64,000 bases of DNA from Candidatus Heimdallarchaeota archaeon (lineage in GTDB: Archaea; Asgardarchaeota; Heimdallarchaeia; Hodarchaeales; Hodarchaeaceae), in the NCBI GenBank assembly GCA_011364965.1, contig RDOB01000004.1:461508-525507 (forward strand). Reading direction: 5' to 3'. Of this stretch, positions 1-9,769 are shown in pieces. Each line of letters begins with the position of its first letter. Within the stretch, counting starts at the first letter, position 1. The notes under the pieces were generated by a model that was given only the letters and a program-made list of their open reading frames with translations, was not told the DNA's origin and did no database searches. Position numbers and translations under genes: made by a program.

Positions 1-96
1 CCGTGAAAGACTGCTTTACGGAGAACGGGGAAGAATTCAGAATTAGAATTGGTTAAGGGTGTTTAAAGCATGATTTCTATTGCTGATTGCAAAGGA

Positions 97-624
97 TTAA
101 AAAAGCTTCCTACCCCTAAGCGCTTTTTGAGTAATATCCTCAAAAATTTTCATTAATTTGGGTCTTTCCATATGTCCTATAATATAATAGTCTACCTTAA
201 GTTCATTTGCTAGCTTAATGGCATTAAATTGATTACAATCATCCTTTTTTCGCGTTTGAACTCCAACGATCGCTATAGGGTAGGATAAATCGCCAGAAAT
301 CTCGCGAAACCTCTGAATCCATGTGGAAATCGCGTCAAAATCGGATTGATTGGCACATTCATATATAACAAGACACCCAGACGAATTAAGGATGGTTTGA
401 TACCAAACTTTTTCGTTAGAGATCGTTTCTGGACTAATAGCGGGGATCATGATCTTGATTTTCATCTTTTCTAAATAATCATACTGTCTGGACTGAAAAA
501 CAGGCGGAAGAATGCCTAAAGGGGTATCACCACTAACTCCTCCAATCGCTCTACTGATATACAGATTCAGCTTAGGGTTGCTTCCAAGAAGACAGATCTT
601 CAATACGAATTTTTTCTTTGACAA
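97..624 (-). CDS. Degenerate Ras/Rab-like small GTPase-fold protein
   Basis: KICLLG beta1, SGCLVIYE...FDAISTWIQRF, PIAIVG; no GxxxxGK[ST] or NKxD motif. Confidence 0.7.
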   Translation of the reverse strand: MSKKKFVLKICLLGSNPKLNLYISRAIGGVSGDTPLGILPPVFQSRQYDYLEKMKIKIMIPAISPETISNEKVWYQTILNSSGCLVIYECANQSDFDAISTWIQRFREISGDLSYPIAIVGVQTRKKDDCNQFNAIKLANELKVDYYIIGHMERPKLMKIFEDITQKALRGRKLF

Positions 625-1192
625 CCTCTTCGTTTCCTTTTGTAATTCGCTTTTATATGAACGTTTTAATACTTTAATCGCGATTTCATATTAGCTTTAT
701 ATATAAATAAAGAATTGATCCTGAAGAAGATTCTATCTTCAGTTCTATTCCTTTGTAAGCCTTTGTAATGCATTTCTTTTCCAAAAGGAGGTTCCTATTA
801 TAGCTATTCCACTCATAATGACCCCACCAAGGAAAAATATTCTACCTACAAGGATAAATATGATAAACCAAATGAAACCATAAATTATTTCTTGGAGTAA
901 TAAACAAGTTTATATGAAAATTCTTTAGTGATATTAGCCTTATTCTCTCCATGCCGGACAAAATACACTGTTCCCATGCTTAAGTCTCCTGTGACCCACC
1001 TTTATCTTACTTAAATAATATTGATATCTTTTTTTTGTTTCCAAATAATATTAATTACTTTTGTGTTCGATCATTGCTCCTTACTTCCGTAATGAAGAAG
1101 AAATCCTTAATAAGAGTACCACCATTACACATCTAATCCAATACTAGAGATAAAGAAAGGTTTTCTGTTGGGATTCAAATGAGCTGAAGTCT

Positions 1193-2212
1193 TTGCCAAA
1201 TTATTTTTGGACGCGAAAACGATTTGGGAGATGGCGTTATGACATTATTGTCATTTTTATCACTGCATTGTTTAATTTTGGCAGTATTACTCCAATTATA
1301 CTGTGGGGGATAGATGTATTACGACCTAATCAACCCCCTGAAGCTCATATAATGGATGCAATTGTTGCATTCATCGGATCAACGTTTATGCTACTTTTAA
1401 CAGAATATTTATGCAATATTAGTTACACTATGCTGAAAAATATAATCAATCGTGAAATAGTGAGAGGGAAACCTAAAGAGGAACGCGAGGCGGAAGCAAT
1501 TAATTTCATTTGGAATTCAAAGATTTATTATTTGTGTATTTTACTCATTATAGCACAACTGGGATTTGGAGTGATAGGGGTTGCTTTAGGAGCAACTACT
1601 ATACTTGATGGGATTTTTGGATCACCAGTGATGGTTTTATCTTCTATAATATATGTTGAATTCTTTTGGATTGCATTTGCCCCAACAATGTTAATTTTTT
1701 ATCTTCCTCGCCTCCCAATTCAATTAAATGTATTTGAAAGCGATTCTGCTGGTGGATTAGGAGCCATCGCGAATTATTTATTGAAAGGGTCATTAATACT
1801 AACAGCTTTTGGAACCTTTGCCTTATATTGGGTTATTTCTACGTCTGCGATTGTGTTTGAAATTGGAGTAATGATGCTTGCAGTGATCCTTGCTATTCCA
1901 TTAATATATTTCATCGTACCGACTATTGGGCTACGTTCAATAATGATAAAAGAAAAGTATCGTGTTTTGGATGCTATAAACTATCAAATAGGGGAGGTTT
2001 ATCTCAAACTACATGCAAATGACCAAATCTCCCAAGAAACCTTTATTCAGGTACAAGGTCTAAGCACTCTTAGACAACAAGTTATGTCAATGCACGAATG
2101 GCCATTCAGCTTTACAGGATTGAGGAATTTATTAACATCGTTTCTAATTCCAATAGGAGTTTTTCTCCTAAACAATCTTGATTCTTTACAAACTATTATT
2201 AGTGGCAGCTGA
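1193..2212 (+). CDS. Multi-pass membrane protein, unknown function
   Basis: 339 aa with several hydrophobic helices; DSAGGLG and C-terminal WPF motifs. Confidence 0.7.
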   Translation: MPNYFWTRKRFGRWRYDIIVIFITALFNFGSITPIILWGIDVLRPNQPPEAHIMDAIVAFIGSTFMLLLTEYLCNISYTMLKNIINREIVRGKPKEEREAEAINFIWNSKIYYLCILLIIAQLGFGVIGVALGATTILDGIFGSPVMVLSSIIYVEFFWIAFAPTMLIFYLPRLPIQLNVFESDSAGGLGAIANYLLKGSLILTAFGTFALYWVISTSAIVFEIGVMMLAVILAIPLIYFIVPTIGLRSIMIKEKYRVLDAINYQIGEVYLKLHANDQISQETFIQVQGLSTLRQQVMSMHEWPFSFTGLRNLLTSFLIPIGVFLLNNLDSLQTIISGS

Positions 2213-2310
2213 AAAAATAGGCGAATTTCAAATTGCTATTTGGAAAATCAAAATGTAAGGTTCATTCAATATCCTCTGTAATTCCGTAAAAAAAAGTACT
2301 GAAGAATCCT

Positions 2311-2411
2311 CAACAAACGTATAGACATCAGATCCAATTTGTATGAACATCTTTCCTGCTGCTTTTATTGCTCTCTATCGAGGGAAGTTGGTAAAAAACT
2401 CACTTTCCACA
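2311..2411 (-). repeat. 23S-3'-end/trailer repeat copy (degenerate, lacks the rRNA tip)
   Basis: caacaaacgtatagacatcagatc-caatttgtatgaacatctttcctgctgctttt...gaggga...actcactttccac. Confidence 0.8.
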
Positions 2412-2516
2412 TGCGTCTGCAAATAGTAGTTATTCTGTGAACAGGTTTTAGAGTATTTCTATACTTCCACAAGGGTGGTGGCAGATATACTTAATATAAC
2501 TTTGTAATTTCTATAA

Positions 2517-3314
2517 TTATGCTTTTGGGATGAGAGGATGTCCACAGCTAGAGCAATATTGGACAAGCGTGAGGTTTGAAGCAGAACAATCCGAACAGAA
2601 CGTAGCATATTGCTGCAACGGAGCATTCCCAATGATCTTCCCATCCCGCATTTCAAGAGCAATATCTCCTATTCTTGCTACGACAGGATTATGAGTGACT
2701 AAAAGGATTGTCTTACCAAATTCGATTTTTAGCTGCTTAAATAAATCAATAATTATCTGTGTATTTTCCGAATCTAGCTCCCCTGTAGGTTCATCAGCCA
2801 AGATGATCTCTGCGTCATTAGCGAGCGCAACTAGAACTGCAATTCGCTGCCGTTCTCCCCCTGAGAGGGCGTGAGGAGCATGGGTAGCGCGGCTATTCAT
2901 ACCCATGCGTGTGAGCAATTCAGTGACTCTTCGTTTTCGTTGTTCTCGAGCCATGCCTAGAATTTTCAAAGGTAACTCAATATTTTCCTCAGCAGTTAAA
3001 ATAGGACTCAAATTCTCGAACTGGAACACAAATCCAACTTTCTCTCGTCGATACTTCGCCAATTCCTTTTCATTCAATCCATTAAGAGAAAGACAACAGC
3101 TAATGATAGTTCCATCTGTCGGAGAATCAATCCCACCAATGAGGTGCAGCAAAGTCGATTTCCCACTCCCAGAGACCCCCATGATAGATACAATTTGGTT
3201 GGACTTAACAGTAAGATTTACTTCGTTTAACGCGTGAATCTCAGAAGTGCCATGCTCAAAGACTTTCTTAAGGTTATGTGTTTGCACAATTGTCTCTTGG
3301 GTCATTTTAATCAC
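2517..3314 (-). CDS. ABC transporter ATP-binding protein (LolD/MacB-like) with C-terminal double Zn ribbon
   Basis: GVSGSGKST, LSGGERQR, ILADEPTG, H-loop; CSDC/CSSC tail. Confidence 0.93.
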   Translation of the reverse strand: MIKMTQETIVQTHNLKKVFEHGTSEIHALNEVNLTVKSNQIVSIMGVSGSGKSTLLHLIGGIDSPTDGTIISCCLSLNGLNEKELAKYRREKVGFVFQFENLSPILTAEENIELPLKILGMAREQRKRRVTELLTRMGMNSRATHAPHALSGGERQRIAVLVALANDAEIILADEPTGELDSENTQIIIDLFKQLKIEFGKTILLVTHNPVVARIGDIALEMRDGKIIGNAPLQQYATFCSDCSASNLTLVQYCSSCGHPLIPKA

Positions 3315-6267
3315 GTAATTGTAAGAAAGAAAGGAAAAATTTCTTCCTAATCAAATATGAGAACGTTATTATAATTGTAAAGTGAGAGAGGATTAATAAG
3401 GTTAAAAACAATAGGATTTTTGGCCAAGGAATTAGAAGTTTCACGGGAATTGGGGGATAAGGAGTAATAAAAAAGTCCATATAGATAGAGGAGGATAAAA
3501 TACCAATCAATATTCCGAAAAAAGCCCCTAATAAGTCAATAGAAAGGAATTCCAAATGAAAAATCCATCTTAGATCTGCAGTTGTCATTCCTCGAGAAAA
3601 ATAAATACCTACTTCATTCTTTCGATCCTTATAGCTTTGGAAGAACAATACTCCCAGACCTGAAGTTACAAGGAGGAAAGTCATAAAAAAGAAAGTATCC
3701 ATAATTGTGATGATACTCCCTGAAGGAGTCATACGAAATTTCTGTTTTAGATCATCAAGAAATTTAATATCTGAATCCCAGAAGGAATTCTGAAATGCTT
3801 CAAAAACAGTCACACGTTCAGCATAACTAGCAGTTGGAGTGATTTTAATGAGCCATGTGATTATTGGTTCTGTTGTAAAAAAATGAGAGGAAAAATTCAC
3901 ATAAGAGAGGAGGAAATCCCTCGAGCAGATCAGTGGGAGAGGAGGGTTGAAGTTCGGTTGGGCAAAGCCAGGAATAAGATAAAAAAAATCCACCACAGTG
4001 AAATTCAGGAGAACTTGGCTCCTAGAAGGGGTGTACAAATCAATCTTAGTGGGGACTATTGTACCCACTTGATTGTCTGCATATTCTCCCTCTCCAAGTT
4101 CCCAGTGTTTAAAGCTAATTGGGGCTAAAGCAGAGGAGTTATGAATGCTGAGTTTCAAGAAAGCCTCTCTTGAAAGACTATCGGGCATAAAATTCTCTTC
4201 AAAATATGTAACTGCCGTAAATGACTCAGGATCAATTGCCAGTATACCACTAGGAAGAATAGAGGCATAAATAGTGCTATTCAAGGGAATATAGATGGAT
4301 GCGCTAATCCAGATCATCTGAGTGACACTCTCAACATAGGAAGACAGATTCAAGAGGTCCTCTGCAGAATAACTCCACAGCTTTCCAAGGTCTCCTGAAA
4401 TACTGATATCTGCCCCTATATCGCGCTTAATTTCACGCAAGGACACACTATATGCTGATTGAGAAAGAATTAACGGGGTGATAGCCATAGAAACAGCCAA
4501 CGCTGTGAGAAAGGCAATATTAGAGAAACGACTACCTCTTCTCAGATAATTCATAGAAACAATACTCCTCAAGCTAGTTTTCACCCCTTTACCCATGAGA
4601 GAGAGATATCGAACGATGAGATCTCTTCGGCCCGTTAAAAGTCGGACGAAAAACAATGAAAAAACTAGAGGGAGAAATGGCAAGAGAGGAGACACAAGTT
4701 TATCAAAAAGTACCGCTAAATCCTGAATGAAGGTAATTGAATCGAATATGTCGAGAATTTCTCTCGCTATCCATAAAGAGAAGAGAATAAGAGTAAAGTA
4801 AAGAATTCGCCTTAAATCTTTTTTTGTGGCAGAAATCCACGATTCAGAAGAATTCATGGGTTTGTGAAGGAGACTGATAGGAACTTTTGCATTGATATTT
4901 CTAGAGGCAAAGAGATTCAGAATATTTCCAAGAATAACTCCTGTTAGCAAGGTTTCCCAGATTAAGGAATCACCTTCAGAAATCAATGGAGTTAACCAAT
5001 CATTGAGAGTCTGTTGATCGGGGATGATGGAATACAAAACAATTATAATAATGAAGGAGAGCACAAGTGAAATCAACGCTGCAGCTAATCCAATTAATGA
5101 CCCCTCTACTACTAGCCAAGATCTAATTTGCATTTTAGAAATACCACGAAATACCCAGATGCCAATGAAGCGTTTATTATTCTCAAATCGGAGAACCTGA
5201 CTGGCAAGCGCTATTAACAAAGCGAAAAGAATAATCGGAAGCATGAGTAAGGTTAATGAATTATGAAGTTGAACTAAATCTTCTGTGAGAAGAGTTAATT
5301 CCTCTAAAAGGGGATTTTGGATAGAAAAAGTGACATCAGTTGGGAGAGCTGCTTCCAAAAAAGCACTAAGGTCTGCTTCAAGGGCTTTCAACAGCCTAGG
5401 TTCTCGGAACCTGTTGAATGACTCAATAATAGCTTCCCTCCTTAAAAATATTGAAAATCCAACATCTTGAAACAGTATATCGCGATTCCCACCCCCAAGC
5501 TTCTCAGAGAGATCAGAATAGGTATCCATATTGACAATTAAGAGTGTCTGGATAGAATTTTGCCTTGAAGTGGCTGGACATAGTAAATCTTTCGCAATAT
5601 TACTCTCACTTGAGAAAGAAAATATTTCAGTTACACGAAGGGGAGAAGAGAGGTTGGAAATAAAGTCAAATTCAATAGATCCATTATACTCGAAGTAATG
5701 GATGTAGAACGTGTCATTGATGGAAACCTGCAGTTTTCTAGCCAGAAAAGAAGAAAGATAAACCTCATTTAAATTCAATGACGCGTTACCAAGTGCGAAG
5801 GGGTGAATACTCGACGAATCAACGAATGAACGAAAGTTTTCTTTATGGATACCCATTCCATATTCGTCGAAAATAGCAAAATTCGCATAGAGACACGAGG
5901 CGTTTTTTGCTAAAGCAAATTGGGAAACCTTTTCATCCTCTCCAAAATAAATAGGTCTGAACCCTCGCTTGACAAAAGTCCGCTCAATAAGCAGAAAATC
6001 CTCTAACTGCTTAGTAAGAGAACGAAGATTGAAATCATCGATAGATTGGGGAAAGTGAAGAGTTAAACGGAGGTCAGAAGCGTCTTGCGATATATCCGCA
6101 ATCATAATAGCATCTTGTAAATATTTTACACCAAAAGTAACACTAAGAGATGCAGTGAGAGTAAAAACTAGCGTAAAAAGAAAAATGAACGAATTCACTC
6201 GCTCTCGACGAAATCGCTGGAAAGCAAGAGGAAATCCCCAAATATATGATGTGAATGAAGCCATCAA
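3307..6267 (-). CDS. FtsX/MacB-type ABC permease
   Basis: 986 aa with two TM clusters carrying R..E.G....RG-like motifs; overlaps the ATPase gene. Confidence 0.85.
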   Translation of the reverse strand: MMASFTSYIWGFPLAFQRFRRERVNSFIFLFTLVFTLTASLSVTFGVKYLQDAIMIADISQDASDLRLTLHFPQSIDDFNLRSLTKQLEDFLLIERTFVKRGFRPIYFGEDEKVSQFALAKNASCLYANFAIFDEYGMGIHKENFRSFVDSSSIHPFALGNASLNLNEVYLSSFLARKLQVSINDTFYIHYFEYNGSIEFDFISNLSSPLRVTEIFSFSSESNIAKDLLCPATSRQNSIQTLLIVNMDTYSDLSEKLGGGNRDILFQDVGFSIFLRREAIIESFNRFREPRLLKALEADLSAFLEAALPTDVTFSIQNPLLEELTLLTEDLVQLHNSLTLLMLPIILFALLIALASQVLRFENNKRFIGIWVFRGISKMQIRSWLVVEGSLIGLAAALISLVLSFIIIIVLYSIIPDQQTLNDWLTPLISEGDSLIWETLLTGVILGNILNLFASRNINAKVPISLLHKPMNSSESWISATKKDLRRILYFTLILFSLWIAREILDIFDSITFIQDLAVLFDKLVSPLLPFLPLVFSLFFVRLLTGRRDLIVRYLSLMGKGVKTSLRSIVSMNYLRRGSRFSNIAFLTALAVSMAITPLILSQSAYSVSLREIKRDIGADISISGDLGKLWSYSAEDLLNLSSYVESVTQMIWISASIYIPLNSTIYASILPSGILAIDPESFTAVTYFEENFMPDSLSREAFLKLSIHNSSALAPISFKHWELGEGEYADNQVGTIVPTKIDLYTPSRSQVLLNFTVVDFFYLIPGFAQPNFNPPLPLICSRDFLLSYVNFSSHFFTTEPIITWLIKITPTASYAERVTVFEAFQNSFWDSDIKFLDDLKQKFRMTPSGSIITIMDTFFFMTFLLVTSGLGVLFFQSYKDRKNEVGIYFSRGMTTADLRWIFHLEFLSIDLLGAFFGILIGILSSSIYMDFFITPYPPIPVKLLIPWPKILLFLTLLILSHFTIIITFSYLIRKKFFLSFLQLRD

Positions 6268-6392
6268 ACGATCACTTGGAAGCTAAAGGTTTAATAAATT
6301 TTGGTACAGTTCTTGAATGAAAAGAATTCTCCAAAAAAAAAGAAACAGGGGATTAAAGCGTTCAAACATCAAACCAAGGACCAAACATTCAA

Positions 6393-6785
6393 CTAGACCC
6401 CATCTGAATCCGGCGGTCGAGGGACATTCTCAAGTTCCCGAATTAACCTCCTCCTTCGCCCTGCCACCGAGCTGTGGTACGCACAATAGAAAAAAAGGCC
6501 CGCATTTATCAAACAGCCAAACCCAATGAGAACAAATCCAAAAAAGAGCAAGGGTAACTTGGGATACTCATATGAAAAATCAATAGCTCCTACGCCAATC
6601 ATAGCTATAGCAACACCGCTCAGAAAGAATAAAAAACTAGGAATCGTTTGCGCCCAGCACTTGTACGAACAGTAGTAACGTTCATCATATGAAATCTTTT
6701 TCCAGAATGTTTGGCGAAATTTACGGTCACAGTAACTGCAGACGAGGAGTTCTTTCTTTTGAGTAGGTGTTTCCAGATTACACAC
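6393..6785 (-). CDS. Small membrane protein with TRASH/MYM-like Zn finger
   Basis: CSYC...YYCSYKC followed by 2 TM helices; paralog of 33779..34117. Confidence 0.65.
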   Translation of the reverse strand: MCNLETPTQKKELLVCSYCDRKFRQTFWKKISYDERYYCSYKCWAQTIPSFLFFLSGVAIAMIGVGAIDFSYEYPKLPLLFFGFVLIGFGCLINAGLFFYCAYHSSVAGRRRRLIRELENVPRPPDSDGV

Positions 6786-7154
6786 CTCCAGATTCCTAGG
6801 ACTGCATTAATCTCAGTCAAACTCAAAAAAACTAAAAGGAATCAGTATTAATCCTTTTCTATTTACACGGAATTTCTTGATCAGTAAGGATTATAGAACA
6901 TTATATATTTATTTCCATATTTTTCTCATCTCTATTTTATATTTTAGATAGTAATTTAAACTCCATGCAAAGTTTTAAGTGATTTAGTTGAATATCTCAA
7001 TTGCAAATTTTTGCGTTATTATAGAATCTTCCGAATACTCACTAAATTAGTATATTAAGTTCATTTCGAAGAACTACACAGAATGTATATTTTATAAGGA
7101 ATGAAATTCCATAAGACTTCTTGACTTGTTAGTAACGTTTCAGGTGGGATAGAT

Positions 7155-7814
7155 TTGCTAAAAAATGAAGAAGGGAATCACCAAGGTTTCTATTTAATTC
7201 AATTCAAGAAAGCACTGTATTGGATGGTAATTGTCTTAAGCGGGTATCTCTTGTATTACCTGAGTTGGGCGTTCTGGATCGCAATTAATGCTATCATTAG
7301 CTCTGGATTTCAATTTGAAGCTATTATCATAAGTCTAGCTTGGATTCCAGCGTTGGCCTTGGGATGGGCTATAGTCTCAGCTGGGATGACCTACCTCTTT
7401 CCAACGACCTTTCGGTTAATTCCGACCCTAGCTTGGATGTTGGGATGGATTGGAGGTGTAGGGGTGTTATACAAAAAAAAAACCACACCTGATGCTAAGC
7501 TTACATTAGGAACACTGCTATTCTTTCTTGGTGCTATTGTAGTGCTTGTCTTTGGAAAAGAGATCTTTAGCTTCTATACTTCGACTCTGATGCTTTTACA
7601 TCTGGATCCTCTTATTTATCTTGGGACAGTGGATAGGATAGGGTTTTACTGGCTTCTACCTCTCTGGCTTCTGAGCTGGAGTTTTTTCTGGTTGAAGCGG
7701 ATTCCCCAAATCAGATTAGAGGATAAAATCCTCTATAACTCTACGCTACTTTGGGTGGTATGGTTTATTATTCTCAACCTCTTTCTGTGGATGTATGCCC
7801 CGATTACTATCTAG
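7155..7814 (+). CDS. Membrane protein, 'MLKNEE' paralog family
   Basis: Clear similarity to 21528..22196 and 54121..54798 (YWLLPLWLLSWSFFWLK). Confidence 0.8.
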   Translation: MLKNEEGNHQGFYLIQFKKALYWMVIVLSGYLLYYLSWAFWIAINAIISSGFQFEAIIISLAWIPALALGWAIVSAGMTYLFPTTFRLIPTLAWMLGWIGGVGVLYKKKTTPDAKLTLGTLLFFLGAIVVLVFGKEIFSFYTSTLMLLHLDPLIYLGTVDRIGFYWLLPLWLLSWSFFWLKRIPQIRLEDKILYNSTLLWVVWFIILNLFLWMYAPITI

Positions 7815-8352
7815 AATTCAAAACAAAATAATTATTTGATGTTGTTGTATGACATTATTTTTTCAGCTTGTTTTTTACGTAAAAGGGAGTCATTCCTATC
7901 GTATTTCTTCTATTCTTAAGTAAAAAGCTTATACATATCTTTTCTGAAGGTCTCAAGATGGTTTTAATTAAATCTAAAACTAAGAGGGTTTAAAATGAAT
8001 AAAGGATTCAATTTTATAAAAACCAATAGTTCATTTACGAAGAAAAAAAACTAATAGTTTATCTAAAGCTAAAACCTTTAGATTAAGCCAGATACTGATC
8101 ATATTTATGAATTTGATCAAGATTTAGATTCCTCTATATGAACTCTTGAATCTTAGATCATATAATGACAGTTACAGAGATTTATTCCTGCTAACTTTGT
8201 TATTTCTACAGATGCAGATTTAGTGACAAATCTCTTCTAAAGAAAATTTGTCCTGAAAGAAGTCCTTAAGAAGTTCTAAAACTCCTTTATGAAAATTCTT
8301 AAAGTTACCTTCATTATCAAAGAAAAAAGTCAGGGACTGCTAGGTAAACCAA

Positions 8353-9738
8353 TTGGATGGCCATAATGAGATGAATAAGAACGTAAATGAACTCAATTCG
8401 AATTCAAAGATTCACAGCTTTTTTGGACACTTTTTTTATTCCCTTGGTGCTATTCCATCAGCTCTTCCTTATAATGTAGTTGGTTCTTATCTTGCTTTCT
8501 TTTATGAAACGAAACAAGGATTGTCAATAGAGCTCTTCGGACTTTTAATGGTACTCTATGGCTTATGGAATGCGATAAATGACCCTCTAATAGGCTTTTT
8601 AATGGATCGGAAAAAAACCCGATATGGCCGCCGAGTTCCGTGGATTGTGACAGGGGGGATACCTTTGGCAGTGGGATTTGCTCTTCTATGGTGGGTACCT
8701 TGGGATAATTCCATTTTTATCTTTCTACATGCTTTAATAATGTTATTTTTATTTGATCTAGGATTTACATTTGCAATTTCAGCTTGGGTTGCTCTATATA
8801 CGGAAATGTATCAAAGTGAGCAGGAAAGAGCTTCGGTTGTGGCTTTAAAAGATACAATCGCGTTTTCATCATCGATGATTGGCGTAATTTTACCACCAAT
8901 AATTGCAGCAAATCTAGGGTGGGAAGCAGTAGGGATAATATTTGGATTAATTACGTTAATTACAATGTATCTGTCTCTCTTAGGGACAAAAGAACGTACT
9001 GAATATCAAATTGATGATCCATTACCACTTCTGACTTCAATCAAGTCTACCTTAAAGAATAAACCCTTTATCTGGATTTCATTGACCTATGCTATGATCG
9101 ATTTTAGCTTTGGTATAACAATGCTCGTTTTTCCCCTCTATGCGCGATTTACCCTCCATTTAGAAGAAGAAATGATAAGTTTGGCCATGGTTGGGATTGT
9201 TATTGGGATTTTTGTAAGTATCCTGTTCTGGCAAAGAATGTATTCCAGAAGTGGACCAAAGGAGGGATTAATGCTCGCAATAGCTATTTTTGCAATTGGA
9301 ATTCTTCCATTTTTCCTTGTTAGTGATATTACTCAGATGATTATTATTTCTTTAATACCTGGATTTGGAGTGGGAGGCATGTTAATGACAGAACCTGCTA
9401 TTTCAGCAGCTATTGATTTTGATGAGATTTCTACAGGAAAAAGACAAGAAGGAGCATATTCAGGCATCTTAACGTTCATTGCGCGTTTGAGTATTGTGTT
9501 AACTAGCATTGTATTAGTTATAGTTCAACTTCTTACAGGATTTAAAACTGGAAGTGAAATTCAACCAGAAACTGCACAGGTCGGATTATCATTGTTAGTC
9601 TCAATAATTCCCAGTGTAGGGGCCTTCATTGGATTAATTTTCATTTTCTTATACCCCTTAAACTTCAAACGTTTTAAAGAGCAGCAAATGAAATTAAAGG
9701 AACTACATGAAAAAAGAAAAGACACTTTAGGATTCTAA
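8353..9738 (+). CDS. MFS sugar transporter (GPH/MelB family)
   Basis: WNAINDPLIG..MDR..TRYGRR.PW and G.RQEG.Y.G motifs; about 12 TM. Confidence 0.9.
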   Translation: MDGHNEMNKNVNELNSNSKIHSFFGHFFYSLGAIPSALPYNVVGSYLAFFYETKQGLSIELFGLLMVLYGLWNAINDPLIGFLMDRKKTRYGRRVPWIVTGGIPLAVGFALLWWVPWDNSIFIFLHALIMLFLFDLGFTFAISAWVALYTEMYQSEQERASVVALKDTIAFSSSMIGVILPPIIAANLGWEAVGIIFGLITLITMYLSLLGTKERTEYQIDDPLPLLTSIKSTLKNKPFIWISLTYAMIDFSFGITMLVFPLYARFTLHLEEEMISLAMVGIVIGIFVSILFWQRMYSRSGPKEGLMLAIAIFAIGILPFFLVSDITQMIIISLIPGFGVGGMLMTEPAISAAIDFDEISTGKRQEGAYSGILTFIARLSIVLTSIVLVIVQLLTGFKTGSEIQPETAQVGLSLLVSIIPSVGAFIGLIFIFLYPLNFKRFKEQQMKLKELHEKRKDTLGF

Positions 9739-9769
9739 TTCTTAATCTCCAAGATATCTAGGTGAAAAA

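Noticed and set aside
2459-5470. Short antisense or overlapping ORFs (e.g. 2459, 2905, 3883, 5285; also 20190, 20491, 23765, 29051, 30475, 40779, 42544)
   Set aside because: Shadows of longer, well-supported genes, with no recognisable motifs.
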